NCBI GenBank assembly: GCA_048886685.1
Contig: JBHLKM010000017.1
Span: forward strand, 1 to 64,000
Length of the DNA: 64,000 bases
Reading direction: 5' to 3'
Source: Candidatus Hodarchaeota archaeon
GTDB taxonomy: Archaea > Asgardarchaeota > Lokiarchaeia > Sigyniarchaeales > SOKP01
How positions within the stretch are numbered: position 1 is the first letter of the stretch; each line of letters opens with the position of its first letter. This document shows positions 8,624 through 18,255 of this stretch, one piece after another. Both the position numbers and the translations under genes were made by a program. The notes below the pieces were generated by a model. The model had not been told where the DNA came from. It saw only the letters and a list, made by a program, of their open reading frames with translations, and searched no databases.

Positions 8624-9364
8624 ATGGTATTATTTCAAAATCCTTTAGAGAATCCAATGAGAGTAATCACAATTTACGTTGCTCAAGGCCTCGTTTGTGC
8701 GTGGTTTGCCTATTTAGCCTACAAGATTTTAAAGAGAGATAGAAAGCGACTAAATATTATTTTTTCTGGATTTTATCTTTCCGCTGTAATTGGTCTTATT
8801 TTTAATTTTATATATGGACCTATTGCCAATGAAGGTGTTATACTTGTCTTGAGTTATCTGACATATTTTGGTATCTTTTACGCACCTGTATTTCTCGTGG
8901 TATTTGATTTGATATTATTAAAATCAGAAAAAGTTATCACAGTTACTAAACAGATGCTTATATTTATAGGAGCCGGAATATTTATGGGTTGCATGATTTT
9001 ATTCATCATTAATCCAGACTTGGGAATAGCCCTTAACGAGGATACGGAATGGTCACCAGAATGGGAGTTAGCATTCTTTTTATATCTAATAATAGGTGAA
9101 ACCTTGTTTCTTCTCATGCCAATATTCTACCTTTCATTTCGAATTTATAACAAATTTGAGGATGAGCAATTGAAACAGAAATGGAGATACTTTATATACG
9201 GTTTTTGCGCATTAATAATTTTTATGTACGGAATCTTTATTTCAAATTTCTTGGCTTCCATCGGTATTAATGTTAGAACAATAATGGGCGCAGTAGGGAT
9301 TATTGCGGGTATCGCAGGCGGGTACTTAATGTATAATGGAGTGGGACGTCAACTCGAGAAATAA
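8624..9364 (+). CDS. Stand-alone 7TM membrane protein, paralogue B of a tandem pair
   Basis: Colinear with 7772-8464: TEWSPEWE, LKQKWRYFIYG, C-terminal YNGVGRQLEK. Confidence 0.7.
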   Translation: MVLFQNPLENPMRVITIYVAQGLVCAWFAYLAYKILKRDRKRLNIIFSGFYLSAVIGLIFNFIYGPIANEGVILVLSYLTYFGIFYAPVFLVVFDLILLKSEKVITVTKQMLIFIGAGIFMGCMILFIINPDLGIALNEDTEWSPEWELAFFLYLIIGETLFLLMPIFYLSFRIYNKFEDEQLKQKWRYFIYGFCALIIFMYGIFISNFLASIGINVRTIMGAVGIIAGIAGGYLMYNGVGRQLEK

Positions 9365-9525
9365 TAATCTTACTTTTATTTTATTTTTTTTACTTAAATT
9401 TTATTTTTACTAATTAACATTATATAATATAAAATAGTTGAAACTACCATAATGTAATAATATATTTTTATTCATTCATTTAAAACTGTTAATATGACCT
9501 TTAATTTATTAATGCCATTCCAATT

Positions 9526-9873
9526 ATGATCGAAGAATTGATACGCGTAAGAGGAATTGGTCCAACAGCCGCAGAAAGGTTAATTAATGCTGGCATTAAA
9601 TCAATTGAGGAGATTGCTAATTCAAAAGCAGAAGATTTGGCATGGATTAAAGGGATTGGGATGCTTTCTGCAAATAAAATAATTGAGAACGCTTTAGAAT
9701 TAATAAAGTTAGAAAAAGGAATCCAAAAAGTTTTAAACTCAATAAAAGAGAATTTTTCGAAGAGCTGCCCAAAATGTGGCGGGGACATGGTAGAAAAGCT
9801 TATAATACTTGGCCCCGAAAGGAGATTAAGGGCAAATCAGTGTAATTTGTGTAAATTCTATTTGCCAAAATGA
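9526..9873 (+). CDS. Helix-hairpin-helix (x2) + C-terminal zinc-ribbon protein
   Basis: VRGIGPTAAERL and IKGIGMLSANKI HhH motifs; CPKC...CNLC. Confidence 0.8.
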   Translation: MIEELIRVRGIGPTAAERLINAGIKSIEEIANSKAEDLAWIKGIGMLSANKIIENALELIKLEKGIQKVLNSIKENFSKSCPKCGGDMVEKLIILGPERRLRANQCNLCKFYLPK

Positions 9874-9895
9874 ATGACTAATTTTGATTCAGACA

Positions 9896-10861
9896 TTAAA
9901 CATGTATCCAAAAAGAAAAGAGGAATACATAAGACATAAGATAGAGCGATATAAATAAAATACCTGCCTTTTTGTCTACTTTTCGTCGAACGGTAATAGC
10001 TAAAAAAACTATAAAACTTGCGATTAGTGTGAATAAAACAGTAGGAACGGCAAGGGCTGCTGTTACTGCTTGTGGAAAAAGTACTTGTCCAATACCAATA
10101 GAGAGAGTTGAGTCTACAATACAAGACCCAATAATATCACCTATAGCGATTTCGTGGTGTTTTAATCTCAATGCGTTAATGTCGACCGCCAATTCAGGAA
10201 GCGATGTTCCTACTGCGACGATAAAAAAACTTATGATATATTCATGAATTTTCAAAATGCTTGATAAAACTATTACAGATTCAACAATCATATATGCTGC
10301 TAATGTTACACCACCAAATCCTAACGCGGCTATGAGAAGATGAAATTTCTTACTTTTTGGGGCCTCAATTTTTTCAATTAATTCTACTCTTTGTAGTATG
10401 CTCTCCTTATTCGCATTGTAAATTAACCAGATATAAATTCCCAAGCTTCCAACCATCATTATAGCGTTGAGCCGCGTGATATAACCCTTCTCTACTATGG
10501 AAAAAATTACAACCAATGAAAGAATTTCACATGCCCCCAGAATGATAATATCCTTTCTATGTACCCAAATTACTCCAGTTATTAATGGTAACAAACCAAA
10601 TACTAAAGTGAGTTGAGTTAAATCCGAACCCACAGAATCCCCAACATCAATATCACCATGACCTAATGAGCATGAAATTATTGAGTTAAAAATTTCTGAA
10701 ATATCTGTCCCTATAGATACCAAAGTTATGCCAATTACCAATGGTGAGATACCTAAAGCAGCTGCTAGTATAGCAGAATGTTTAACCGCTTTAATACTTG
10801 AAAAAATAATTAAAGCTAATCCAAAAACTAATCCCAATATTGCTAATAATATTTCCATCAT
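9896..10861 (-). CDS. Na+/Ca2+ antiporter, CaCA (YrbG-like) family
   Basis: Two alpha-repeats: VSIGTDISE...GDSVGS and VAVGTSLPE...GDIIGS; about 10 TMs. Confidence 0.9.
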   Translation of the reverse strand: MMEILLAILGLVFGLALIIFSSIKAVKHSAILAAALGISPLVIGITLVSIGTDISEIFNSIISCSLGHGDIDVGDSVGSDLTQLTLVFGLLPLITGVIWVHRKDIIILGACEILSLVVIFSIVEKGYITRLNAIMMVGSLGIYIWLIYNANKESILQRVELIEKIEAPKSKKFHLLIAALGFGGVTLAAYMIVESVIVLSSILKIHEYIISFFIVAVGTSLPELAVDINALRLKHHEIAIGDIIGSCIVDSTLSIGIGQVLFPQAVTAALAVPTVLFTLIASFIVFLAITVRRKVDKKAGILFISLYLMSYVFLFSFWIHV

Positions 10862-11121
10862 AACTTATTATATTTTTTTTATCTAGGAAATGCTTATTTA
10901 AATTCGATTAACTTTTACCGCAAATTGGATAGCTAGAGCTAATTTTAATTCAAAAGTAACTAATCCGGAGAAGATTTGAAGTTTTAATTGTTGATAGCTT
11001 TGTATCTCTTTTACTATTAGGTTTAACTTATATTTATAATTATCCATTTTTCATCCAAGGTTATCCATAGAAAATCCATAAAACGAAAACTTATTAAATA
11101 AATTTATCAAAAAATATACTA

Positions 11122-11280
11122 ATGGTCGAACATAAAGAATTTCATATTTCTCTCGAAATGGATGTTTTTGACAAATTAGAGGTTATTAAAGACTATCATG
11201 GAATAAAAAACATAACTGAAATAATTAGATTCTTAATAACTAAAGAGTACAGAAAAATAGAAAAATCTGAAAAATTGTAA
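11122..11280 (+). CDS. Small ribbon-helix-helix (CopG-like) protein, 52 aa, below the ORF-track cutoff
   Basis: Hand translation MVEHKEFHISLEMDVFDKLEVIKDYHGIKNITEIIRFLITKEYRKIEKSEKL*: strand-helix-G-helix RHH pattern. Confidence 0.7.
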   Translation: MVEHKEFHISLEMDVFDKLEVIKDYHGIKNITEIIRFLITKEYRKIEKSEKL

Positions 11281-11311
11281 TTGGTTTTATTTTAAATATT
11301 AATTCTAAGTT

Positions 11312-11710
11312 TTAAGGTTGAATTATCATACTACTTGAGAATAAATCTTTTGCTCCTTCTATTAATCGTAAATATCTTTCCTCAGAATCTCTAATTGAGG
11401 TTTCAAAATTAACCTGTTTTTTAATTATGAATTTGCTGAAAACAAAAATAATAATAAAAAAAATAAGAATAATTGAGTATACCCAAAATTCATGAAAATT
11501 CAACTTTAAAATCGTTTTGCTTAGATCTCCTTTATGAAATACATAGATATCAATCAGGCTATAGAGAATTAGTATTATTAATATTGAGATAAATAAGGAT
11601 AACTTTAACTTTCTTAAAAGAACCTTTGTTTCTCTTTTTAAATTGAAAGTATTAAAATTCGATGTATTATTTTTTTTTGGTTCGTTGGTATTAAAGTTTT
11701 TATTTTCCAT
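11312..11710 (-). pseudogene. Probable truncated membrane PAS sensor (2 TM + PAS lead-in helix)
   Basis: Two TMs followed by SIRDSEERYLRLIEGAKD, like LRESEERFRTLVE in the kinase at 50544; the ORF stops about 10 codons later. Confidence 0.5.
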
Positions 11711-11871
11711 TATATATAAGATTTAGGAGGATAATAATACTACAAAGTTGCTAGAATGATTTGAATCCATAAAATTAGAATTTTTATAAATATCTTTTCA
11801 AAAACATAATGCAAAAAATTAAGTCTAAAAAATCTGAACTAAATCTAAATAAAAAGTAAAAATAGAAGATC

Positions 11872-12903
11872 TCACCATCGCCAAATGATATCTTCTGCAT
11901 GACCTAACATATTTTCGATATGAATTTTCTCACCATTATCTAATACGATATTTCCAGTATATAAACCATGAAGTAGGGAAGAATTCAGATAAATCAGCCC
12001 AAAATTGATTTTCTCCCTATGGGGAATCAGAGGTGTTAAAACCATATTAAACCTATTATCGTTGCTCGTAAATTTCCAAGGTTTTGAAGAATCCCTTTCT
12101 TCATGATGAAAAGTTACTTCATCGATTTTATGAGCCTTACCGTCATAAAAAATGATATTTTCAGTATGGGTAGATAAATCCCCAAATCCATAACCAATAT
12201 TAAAAGCAACAGTTATTTCATTTACAATACCGCATGCACTACCCCATAGCCAATGAGTATGATAAGGCCAAATTCCTCGTCCCCAATCCATCAATCCAAA
12301 TGAATTCTTAGGTTCAAATTTATATTCCCTTCCTCCAATATAGATTAACCCTTGAGCCGGCATATAATTAATTTTATGGTTGTAATAAAATAATCTAGGA
12401 TCTTCTTTGTATCCTGTCACAACCACAGTATTGTCCATTTTTGGGTTATCTTCAAGTGTTATAGATCCTTTTAAGCCTTTATTTTGAAATTTAGGATCCT
12501 CAATTGAAAGAATGTGTTTATTCTTCTCCTTTTTAATAGATGCCTTAAATTTTTTTGTTGGAAATATTATTTCACTATCTTCTACAGAACTGTTAGGAAG
12601 TATTTTAGATTTTGTAAAAAACTTAAAAAGACTTCTTCCATCTCTTTTTCTTTCCTTGAAATCGAGCCAAACATAGCTCATTTGAGTAAGATATCCAATA
12701 TCTCCAATAGTTAGTTGAAAACCAAAATCTTTATTTAAAATTGAATAATGATCCCATTCTTTTATTCGAAGCCATCCCTTACCAATATATTCTTTATTAT
12801 ATTTTAGAAGCGGCTTTTTTGCCCAACCTCGTTGGATAAGAGAACCATCTTCATTAAATACATTTGACGGTTTAGTTATTTCATTTTGTATTGTCATTTT
12901 CAC
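11872..12903 (-). CDS. DUF2804-family protein
   Basis: GWAKKP, RIKEWDHY, FYYNHK, DWGRGIWPY.T.W.W, ENIIFYDG motifs. Confidence 0.8.
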   Translation of the reverse strand: MKMTIQNEITKPSNVFNEDGSLIQRGWAKKPLLKYNKEYIGKGWLRIKEWDHYSILNKDFGFQLTIGDIGYLTQMSYVWLDFKERKRDGRSLFKFFTKSKILPNSSVEDSEIIFPTKKFKASIKKEKNKHILSIEDPKFQNKGLKGSITLEDNPKMDNTVVVTGYKEDPRLFYYNHKINYMPAQGLIYIGGREYKFEPKNSFGLMDWGRGIWPYHTHWLWGSACGIVNEITVAFNIGYGFGDLSTHTENIIFYDGKAHKIDEVTFHHEERDSSKPWKFTSNDNRFNMVLTPLIPHREKINFGLIYLNSSLLHGLYTGNIVLDNGEKIHIENMLGHAEDIIWRW

Positions 12904-12986
12904 TACAATGTCTACTAATTAGAATGATAATTATAAAAAGGTTTGCGACAAAATAAAACATATTAAATAATACTAAAATGCCTTGA

Positions 12987-14249
12987 GTGAACCTATTGTC
13001 TTCGGAATTTGAGATAAATTTGGAAAAATATGCTGAAACAATAGTTAAAGTAGGTCTTAATTTACAACCTGGTCAACGGTTATTAATCGGGGCTGGTAAG
13101 AATGGTGTAGCGATCGAATTAGCCCCTTTAGTAAGACTAATTGTGAAAAAAGCATATCAAACTGGTGCTAAACTAGTTGATGTAATATGGGATGACGATC
13201 AAATACAACTCATTCGATATAAATATGCCCCAAGGGACTCATTTGAAGAATTTCCGACTTGGCGGACTGATGGTGCATTAGAAATTGCCAAAGAGGGTGA
13301 TGCTATGCTTCTTATAGCTGCTCGAAATCCTGATCTCCTCTCAGAACAAGATTCTGACTTGATATTAACTGCACGCAAAACATTTCTTAAACATAATAAA
13401 CCTGCATCAGATCTGCGTAGGAAAAATTTAGTAAACTGGTCATCAATAGCTGCACCTTCGGATAGTTGGGCAGATAAAATATTTCCTGAACTTCCTCAAA
13501 GTGAACGAAAAGCTAAATTTTGGGATACTCTTTTTGAAATTTGTCGTGTTAAAATTGAAGATCCAGTTTCAGCATGGAATAACCATATCAATCTACTTGT
13601 AGCTAGGTGTTCTTATCTCAACCATAAGAAATACACTACTCTGAAATTTAAAGCTCCAGGAACGGATATCACGATTGGTTTACCAATAGGACATATATGG
13701 AAAAGTGCAAATTTCACAACTCAAAGTGGGATAAGTAATGTTGTAAATATTCCAACTGAAGAAATATTCACAATGCCTCACAAAGATAAAACAGAGGGAT
13801 TTGTAACTGCCACCAAACCTCTTGTTTCTGATATTATAATTGAAGATTTAAGTCTAACTTTCTCAAATGGAAAAATTGTAGACATTACTGCTAGAAAAGG
13901 TGAAGATTTTTTGCGTAACTTAATTAAAACAGATGAGGGTGCATCCCATTTAGGTGAAGTATCGTTAGTTCCCCATAGTTCTCCTATATCTCAGTCTGGT
14001 CTTCTCTTTTATAACAACCTCATCGATGAGAACGCGTCTTGCCATCTAGCCCTAGGTAATGCTGTGAAAATTTGCTTAGAAAATGGTGTCAATATTACTG
14101 ATGAGGAATTTTCTGCTGCGGGAGGTAATCAAAGTTTATTACATTTAGATTTTATGATTGGATCAGAAAAAATGGATGTTGATGGTATCATGGCAGATGG
14201 GAAAACCGAAACTATTATGCGAAAAGGAGAATGGAGTTTTCAAATATAA
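12987..14249 (+). CDS. Aminopeptidase, M29 family (AmpS/PepS)
   Basis: GLNLQPGQ, NIPTEEIFTMP, LGEVSLVP, DENASCHLALG, NQSLLHLDFMIGS. Confidence 0.95.
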   Translation: MNLLSSEFEINLEKYAETIVKVGLNLQPGQRLLIGAGKNGVAIELAPLVRLIVKKAYQTGAKLVDVIWDDDQIQLIRYKYAPRDSFEEFPTWRTDGALEIAKEGDAMLLIAARNPDLLSEQDSDLILTARKTFLKHNKPASDLRRKNLVNWSSIAAPSDSWADKIFPELPQSERKAKFWDTLFEICRVKIEDPVSAWNNHINLLVARCSYLNHKKYTTLKFKAPGTDITIGLPIGHIWKSANFTTQSGISNVVNIPTEEIFTMPHKDKTEGFVTATKPLVSDIIIEDLSLTFSNGKIVDITARKGEDFLRNLIKTDEGASHLGEVSLVPHSSPISQSGLLFYNNLIDENASCHLALGNAVKICLENGVNITDEEFSAAGGNQSLLHLDFMIGSEKMDVDGIMADGKTETIMRKGEWSFQI

Positions 14250-14368
14250 AGAATAAAAACAAAGAAATTCAAAATTTCTCAATTGATCAATATCAAAATG
14301 CTCTAATGGTAGCATCAAATAAAAATGAGAATGATGTTGTCAAAGTAGCATTTAAATTTGAATAGAGG

Positions 14369-15778
14369 TTATTCAATTTTTTGACATATATTATCAATTT
14401 TTTGAATTGTTTCATCAATAATTTCATCTTTATGAAGTATACACGTGTAAAACCTGCTTCCTGCCACAGAAATCAATTCTTGATCCACTAATGCTGCACC
14501 CATCTCACCCATGAAATCCCTTCGAATTGGAATTTGACCAGACTGTTTAGGATCACTTAAATTCAAGCCAAATACACAACTTGTTTGAAAGTGAACTGTG
14601 CCACCGAAATTATATGAAAACCATGGTAAGTCATATTTATTAAATACTTCATTTAAACCATATGATAGCCGACTCGCGGCGTTACCCGCTCTTTCAGTAG
14701 CATTCGTTTCTTCAACAAATTTGATAGCCCAATACGCTGCTGCACACGTTAACGGATTTGCCGCTAAAGTTCCTCCTGAATATGCTCTTTTACCTCCAGT
14801 TACACCAGCACCACATACTGCCATAACATCAGCACGTCCGCCAATTGCTGCTGCAGAAGGAAATCCATGACCTACAATTTTACCAAATACAGAAATGTCA
14901 GGAGTATATCCATAATATGCTTGTCCACCACCCATATGTAATCGAAAAGCGCATACAACCTCGTCGGATATCATTAAAGCTCTATTTTCATGACATAATT
15001 CTTCTATTTCTTTGTTGAACCCCGGTCTCGTGGGCAAAGCACCACTTTCTCCACCCATAGGTTCAACTATAACTGCAGCAATTTTACGTTTCTCTTTAAA
15101 CATTCTTCTAAGTTCATCAATATCATTGGGTGGGCAAGAATCAATAAATTTAAATACTGGTTTAGGTATTCCGTGAGATTCCAATAATTTAGTTCCCGGT
15201 AGATGCATATCATAAGTAAGTTGATCACTCCAACCATGATAACTACCCCCTATTTTAATAATCCATTTTCTATTCGTAAAGGCTCTTGCAATCCTAATTG
15301 CAAGCATATCTGCTTCTGTACCTGTTTGGAGCCAACGAATAATCTCACAGGAAGGGAAGTGTTTTTGTAATTGTTCTGCTGCTAAATACTCATATTCATG
15401 TGTTATTCCGTGGCAAGGACCAATTTCTTGAATAGTTTCAACTACTTTAGTTATTAACGGTTTGTATTGATGTCCCAAAATAATAGGACCTCCACACATT
15501 AAATAATCAGTCATAACTATCTCATCTACAGTTTCCATATAACAATCGTAGACTTTTTTACTAGCTATTGGAAAAGGATGATTAAAAGCTAAATTATGCT
15601 CTACACCACCAGGAATGATTTTGCGCATTCTTTCATATATTTCTCTGGATCTAGGGTGGTTTTTATGATATCTTTCTATGATTCCTTTTAGTTCTTCTGA
15701 TCTAAAACGTCGTATAGGATTATTTACAATGTATTCCGTCTTTGCTTTAATTTCTTCATATTTCATTAGATGTATCAC
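14369..15778 (-). CDS. Class III PLP aminotransferase (glutamate-1-semialdehyde aminomutase-like)
   Basis: IPGGV, GTEA, GSYHGWSD, VIVEP, DEVVCAFR, FGK (PLP lysine), GTLAANPL. Confidence 0.85.
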   Translation of the reverse strand: MIHLMKYEEIKAKTEYIVNNPIRRFRSEELKGIIERYHKNHPRSREIYERMRKIIPGGVEHNLAFNHPFPIASKKVYDCYMETVDEIVMTDYLMCGGPIILGHQYKPLITKVVETIQEIGPCHGITHEYEYLAAEQLQKHFPSCEIIRWLQTGTEADMLAIRIARAFTNRKWIIKIGGSYHGWSDQLTYDMHLPGTKLLESHGIPKPVFKFIDSCPPNDIDELRRMFKEKRKIAAVIVEPMGGESGALPTRPGFNKEIEELCHENRALMISDEVVCAFRLHMGGGQAYYGYTPDISVFGKIVGHGFPSAAAIGGRADVMAVCGAGVTGGKRAYSGGTLAANPLTCAAAYWAIKFVEETNATERAGNAASRLSYGLNEVFNKYDLPWFSYNFGGTVHFQTSCVFGLNLSDPKQSGQIPIRRDFMGEMGAALVDQELISVAGSRFYTCILHKDEIIDETIQKIDNICQKIE

Positions 15779-15908
15779 TTTTCTATCTATAGAATAATAT
15801 GGTAACTAAATTAATTAGTAACTTATTACATCAAAAATTAAGTTTACTTCTAATATAGGAAAAAAATTAAATTTTAAATAAATTCAAGGTTATTAGTAAA
15901 AAACAGAG

Positions 15909-18053
15909 TTAATATTGAAAATCTATGGGGTCAACCGGGATAATCAAATTATTGCTTATCAAGATTTCAATTGAATCAATAATTAAATCTTCGTTTCTAT
16001 CGCTCAATCTTTCGACTAATGTAATTAATTTAAAAATTTTCTCCTCTTCGGAGATTATGAAAATTTCATTTAGAACTTTTAAATCACTTCGAGATAACCT
16101 ATATTCTTTCTTCAATTTCTCAAGATCATTTCTTTTAATAACCAGTTTAAAGGAATCCTTATAGTATAAAGTAAAAAAATTATTAAGAAAATTTTGAATG
16201 CTGGTTTTAAAAGGAGCTGGATCATTATCCCAGTTCTTTAATGTTTCTGAAAACTTTGCATAAACACTTAAACCAAAATTTAATAATTGTTGTTTCAATC
16301 TTTTGGAAGCTTTATTATTAAGGATTAGAACTGTTCTTAATTCTTCTATATCAGAAATAAGACAATAAAAATGTTTAAAATCTAATTCAGTAACGTCATA
16401 TATGCCATCGATTACATCCCTTTGAAGAACCTTGGAATGAATATTTTTTCTAATACTAATTTCTTTTCCTACCAGTGAAATTGCTTGAATAAATCCTGAA
16501 AAAAGTTCCTTTTTCCCAATCATCAGTTCAGAATAGTTTTTAGAAAAGAGAGGAAGCCCACTTGTAGTATGACTCAGAAGTATTCCTTGAATATTTTCAG
16601 CATCTTTAAATTTTTGCGTTCTTAATAGAAGATCATTCCTTTGTCTTTGCTTTCTTGGTAATAAGATATAAGATCTTATACTTAAACTACCTAAAATCCC
16701 TATAATAACCAATAAAATAATTAAAATTATCCAGAAAAGATAATTTTGGGGAGATTCTCTAATAAATACAGTATAAGAAATTGTAAGATAGATGTCATCT
16801 ATGGCTATTATTATTTTACGATCTAATTCAAAATCATCTGCTAGTAATATCTCTATTGAGACTGAAATATTAATATTTGTTAAAATATAAGTTTTAATAT
16901 CATGAGCACCTAAATTTAACACTTGAAAAGTGGCATTCATCTCTTTTAATTTTATGGTTTTGTCAAGCTCATAGTTATTGATAAAAATCCTTAGCTCAGA
17001 ATTGGGAGACAATGCATCAGGCCAGGTTTCATTAACTTTATATTTAAAATTAAGAACAGCATCATTAATTTTAACATCTGTTTCATTTATGGATTCTCCA
17101 ATTTGATTTAATGAAATAGAGGTGTAGCTGTCTATTTTTTTCTCATAAGTAAATGTAAAATTAACAAAATTTATGATTAATTCGTCAAATGTATCTCTAT
17201 CCAAAGATATAGCGGAATTATCTTCAAGTTGTAGTCGCATACCAAGTGTTATAGTAAAATTATTGAAATCTGTACTTAAAGATGAAGTTAAGAAATAGAT
17301 TAAATCCTCTTGAGGTACACTTATCATATAAGTATCATATAGATAATCAGTGCCTGGAGCCCCACCATCTCCTAGCCATACTGTTTGCAAATAAGCTATC
17401 TCATAGACTTTATTCTTTTCTAAGTTTGAAAGTAAAACATAAAATCTCACATAGTCTCCATTTCCATATTGATCTACTGGTACAGCTGGATCAATTCTTG
17501 CATTCCGACCATTTTTGTAATCATCATAGCGATCAATGTTTTCATCTGCAGTTGCGTTAACTCTTGCTTGAATTGATGCACCAGTAATTATGTAATTTGA
17601 CATATTAACTGGCATTGTGATGTTTTTATCCCAATGAACGCTTGGATTTTGAATAGCAGATTGGTCATCAAATTCATGGGAGACTCTACAACCCTTAGAT
17701 GTAATTGCATCAAAATCTGGACGATTTGGGAAACTAGGATTATCCACCTCAGTCCAATTTGAAGCGATAGGTGGATCTGCTATTAATGAGTAAGATCTTT
17801 TCTCACCTAAAATTTCAAAATTAGCTTGTCCGGAATGAATACTAGCATTTACATCAGATGAATCTCCATTAAATACTTTGAACCATGGCCCTGATGGGAA
17901 GTTAAATTCCGAATCTTTTATCCATTGTTTAGTATAATGAGTTTCTTTTAAAGCAAAGACTTGAATCTGAAAAATAAAGGAAGATAGAATTATAAAAATA
18001 ACTATATAAAAATATTTACGGAATTTGGCTTTCCTTGAACTTAGAGAATGCAA
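15909..18053 (-). CDS. Single-pass membrane protein: signal peptide, large ectodomain, TM, cytoplasmic longin-like domain, C-terminal helical/wHTH-like region
   Basis: N-terminal signal segment; beta-rich region with many N-x-S/T sequons; TM LFWIILIILLVIIGILGSL; then NIQGILLSHTTSGLPLFSKNY...LFSGFIQAISLVGKEI, a longin-type pattern. Confidence 0.65.
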   Translation of the reverse strand: MHSLSSRKAKFRKYFYIVIFIILSSFIFQIQVFALKETHYTKQWIKDSEFNFPSGPWFKVFNGDSSDVNASIHSGQANFEILGEKRSYSLIADPPIASNWTEVDNPSFPNRPDFDAITSKGCRVSHEFDDQSAIQNPSVHWDKNITMPVNMSNYIITGASIQARVNATADENIDRYDDYKNGRNARIDPAVPVDQYGNGDYVRFYVLLSNLEKNKVYEIAYLQTVWLGDGGAPGTDYLYDTYMISVPQEDLIYFLTSSLSTDFNNFTITLGMRLQLEDNSAISLDRDTFDELIINFVNFTFTYEKKIDSYTSISLNQIGESINETDVKINDAVLNFKYKVNETWPDALSPNSELRIFINNYELDKTIKLKEMNATFQVLNLGAHDIKTYILTNINISVSIEILLADDFELDRKIIIAIDDIYLTISYTVFIRESPQNYLFWIILIILLVIIGILGSLSIRSYILLPRKQRQRNDLLLRTQKFKDAENIQGILLSHTTSGLPLFSKNYSELMIGKKELFSGFIQAISLVGKEISIRKNIHSKVLQRDVIDGIYDVTELDFKHFYCLISDIEELRTVLILNNKASKRLKQQLLNFGLSVYAKFSETLKNWDNDPAPFKTSIQNFLNNFFTLYYKDSFKLVIKRNDLEKLKKEYRLSRSDLKVLNEIFIISEEEKIFKLITLVERLSDRNEDLIIDSIEILISNNLIIPVDPIDFQY

Positions 18054-18255
18054 GATGTTCCTCTCTACTTCTGTGAAAATACTATTTATACTGGAACTTA
18101 AACAACAATATCCCTTTAGACACGATAATAATGGAATTTCCCATATTTAAAAATAAGTAAATTCATTGTTTCTTGGTTGAATCGAAATGATTAAAAAAAT
18201 TATGTGACAATACATCAAATAATCTTTATTTATTCTAGCATCCTTTATAATAAAT

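Noticed and set aside
10898-11047. 49-codon minus-strand ORF (MDNYKYKLNLIVKEIQ...)
   Set aside because: No motif or clear ribosome-binding site; could arise by chance.
14369-15778. Assigning the symbol hemL
   Set aside because: Family motifs fit, but there is a long N-terminal extension and no tetrapyrrole gene context, so the substrate is uncertain.
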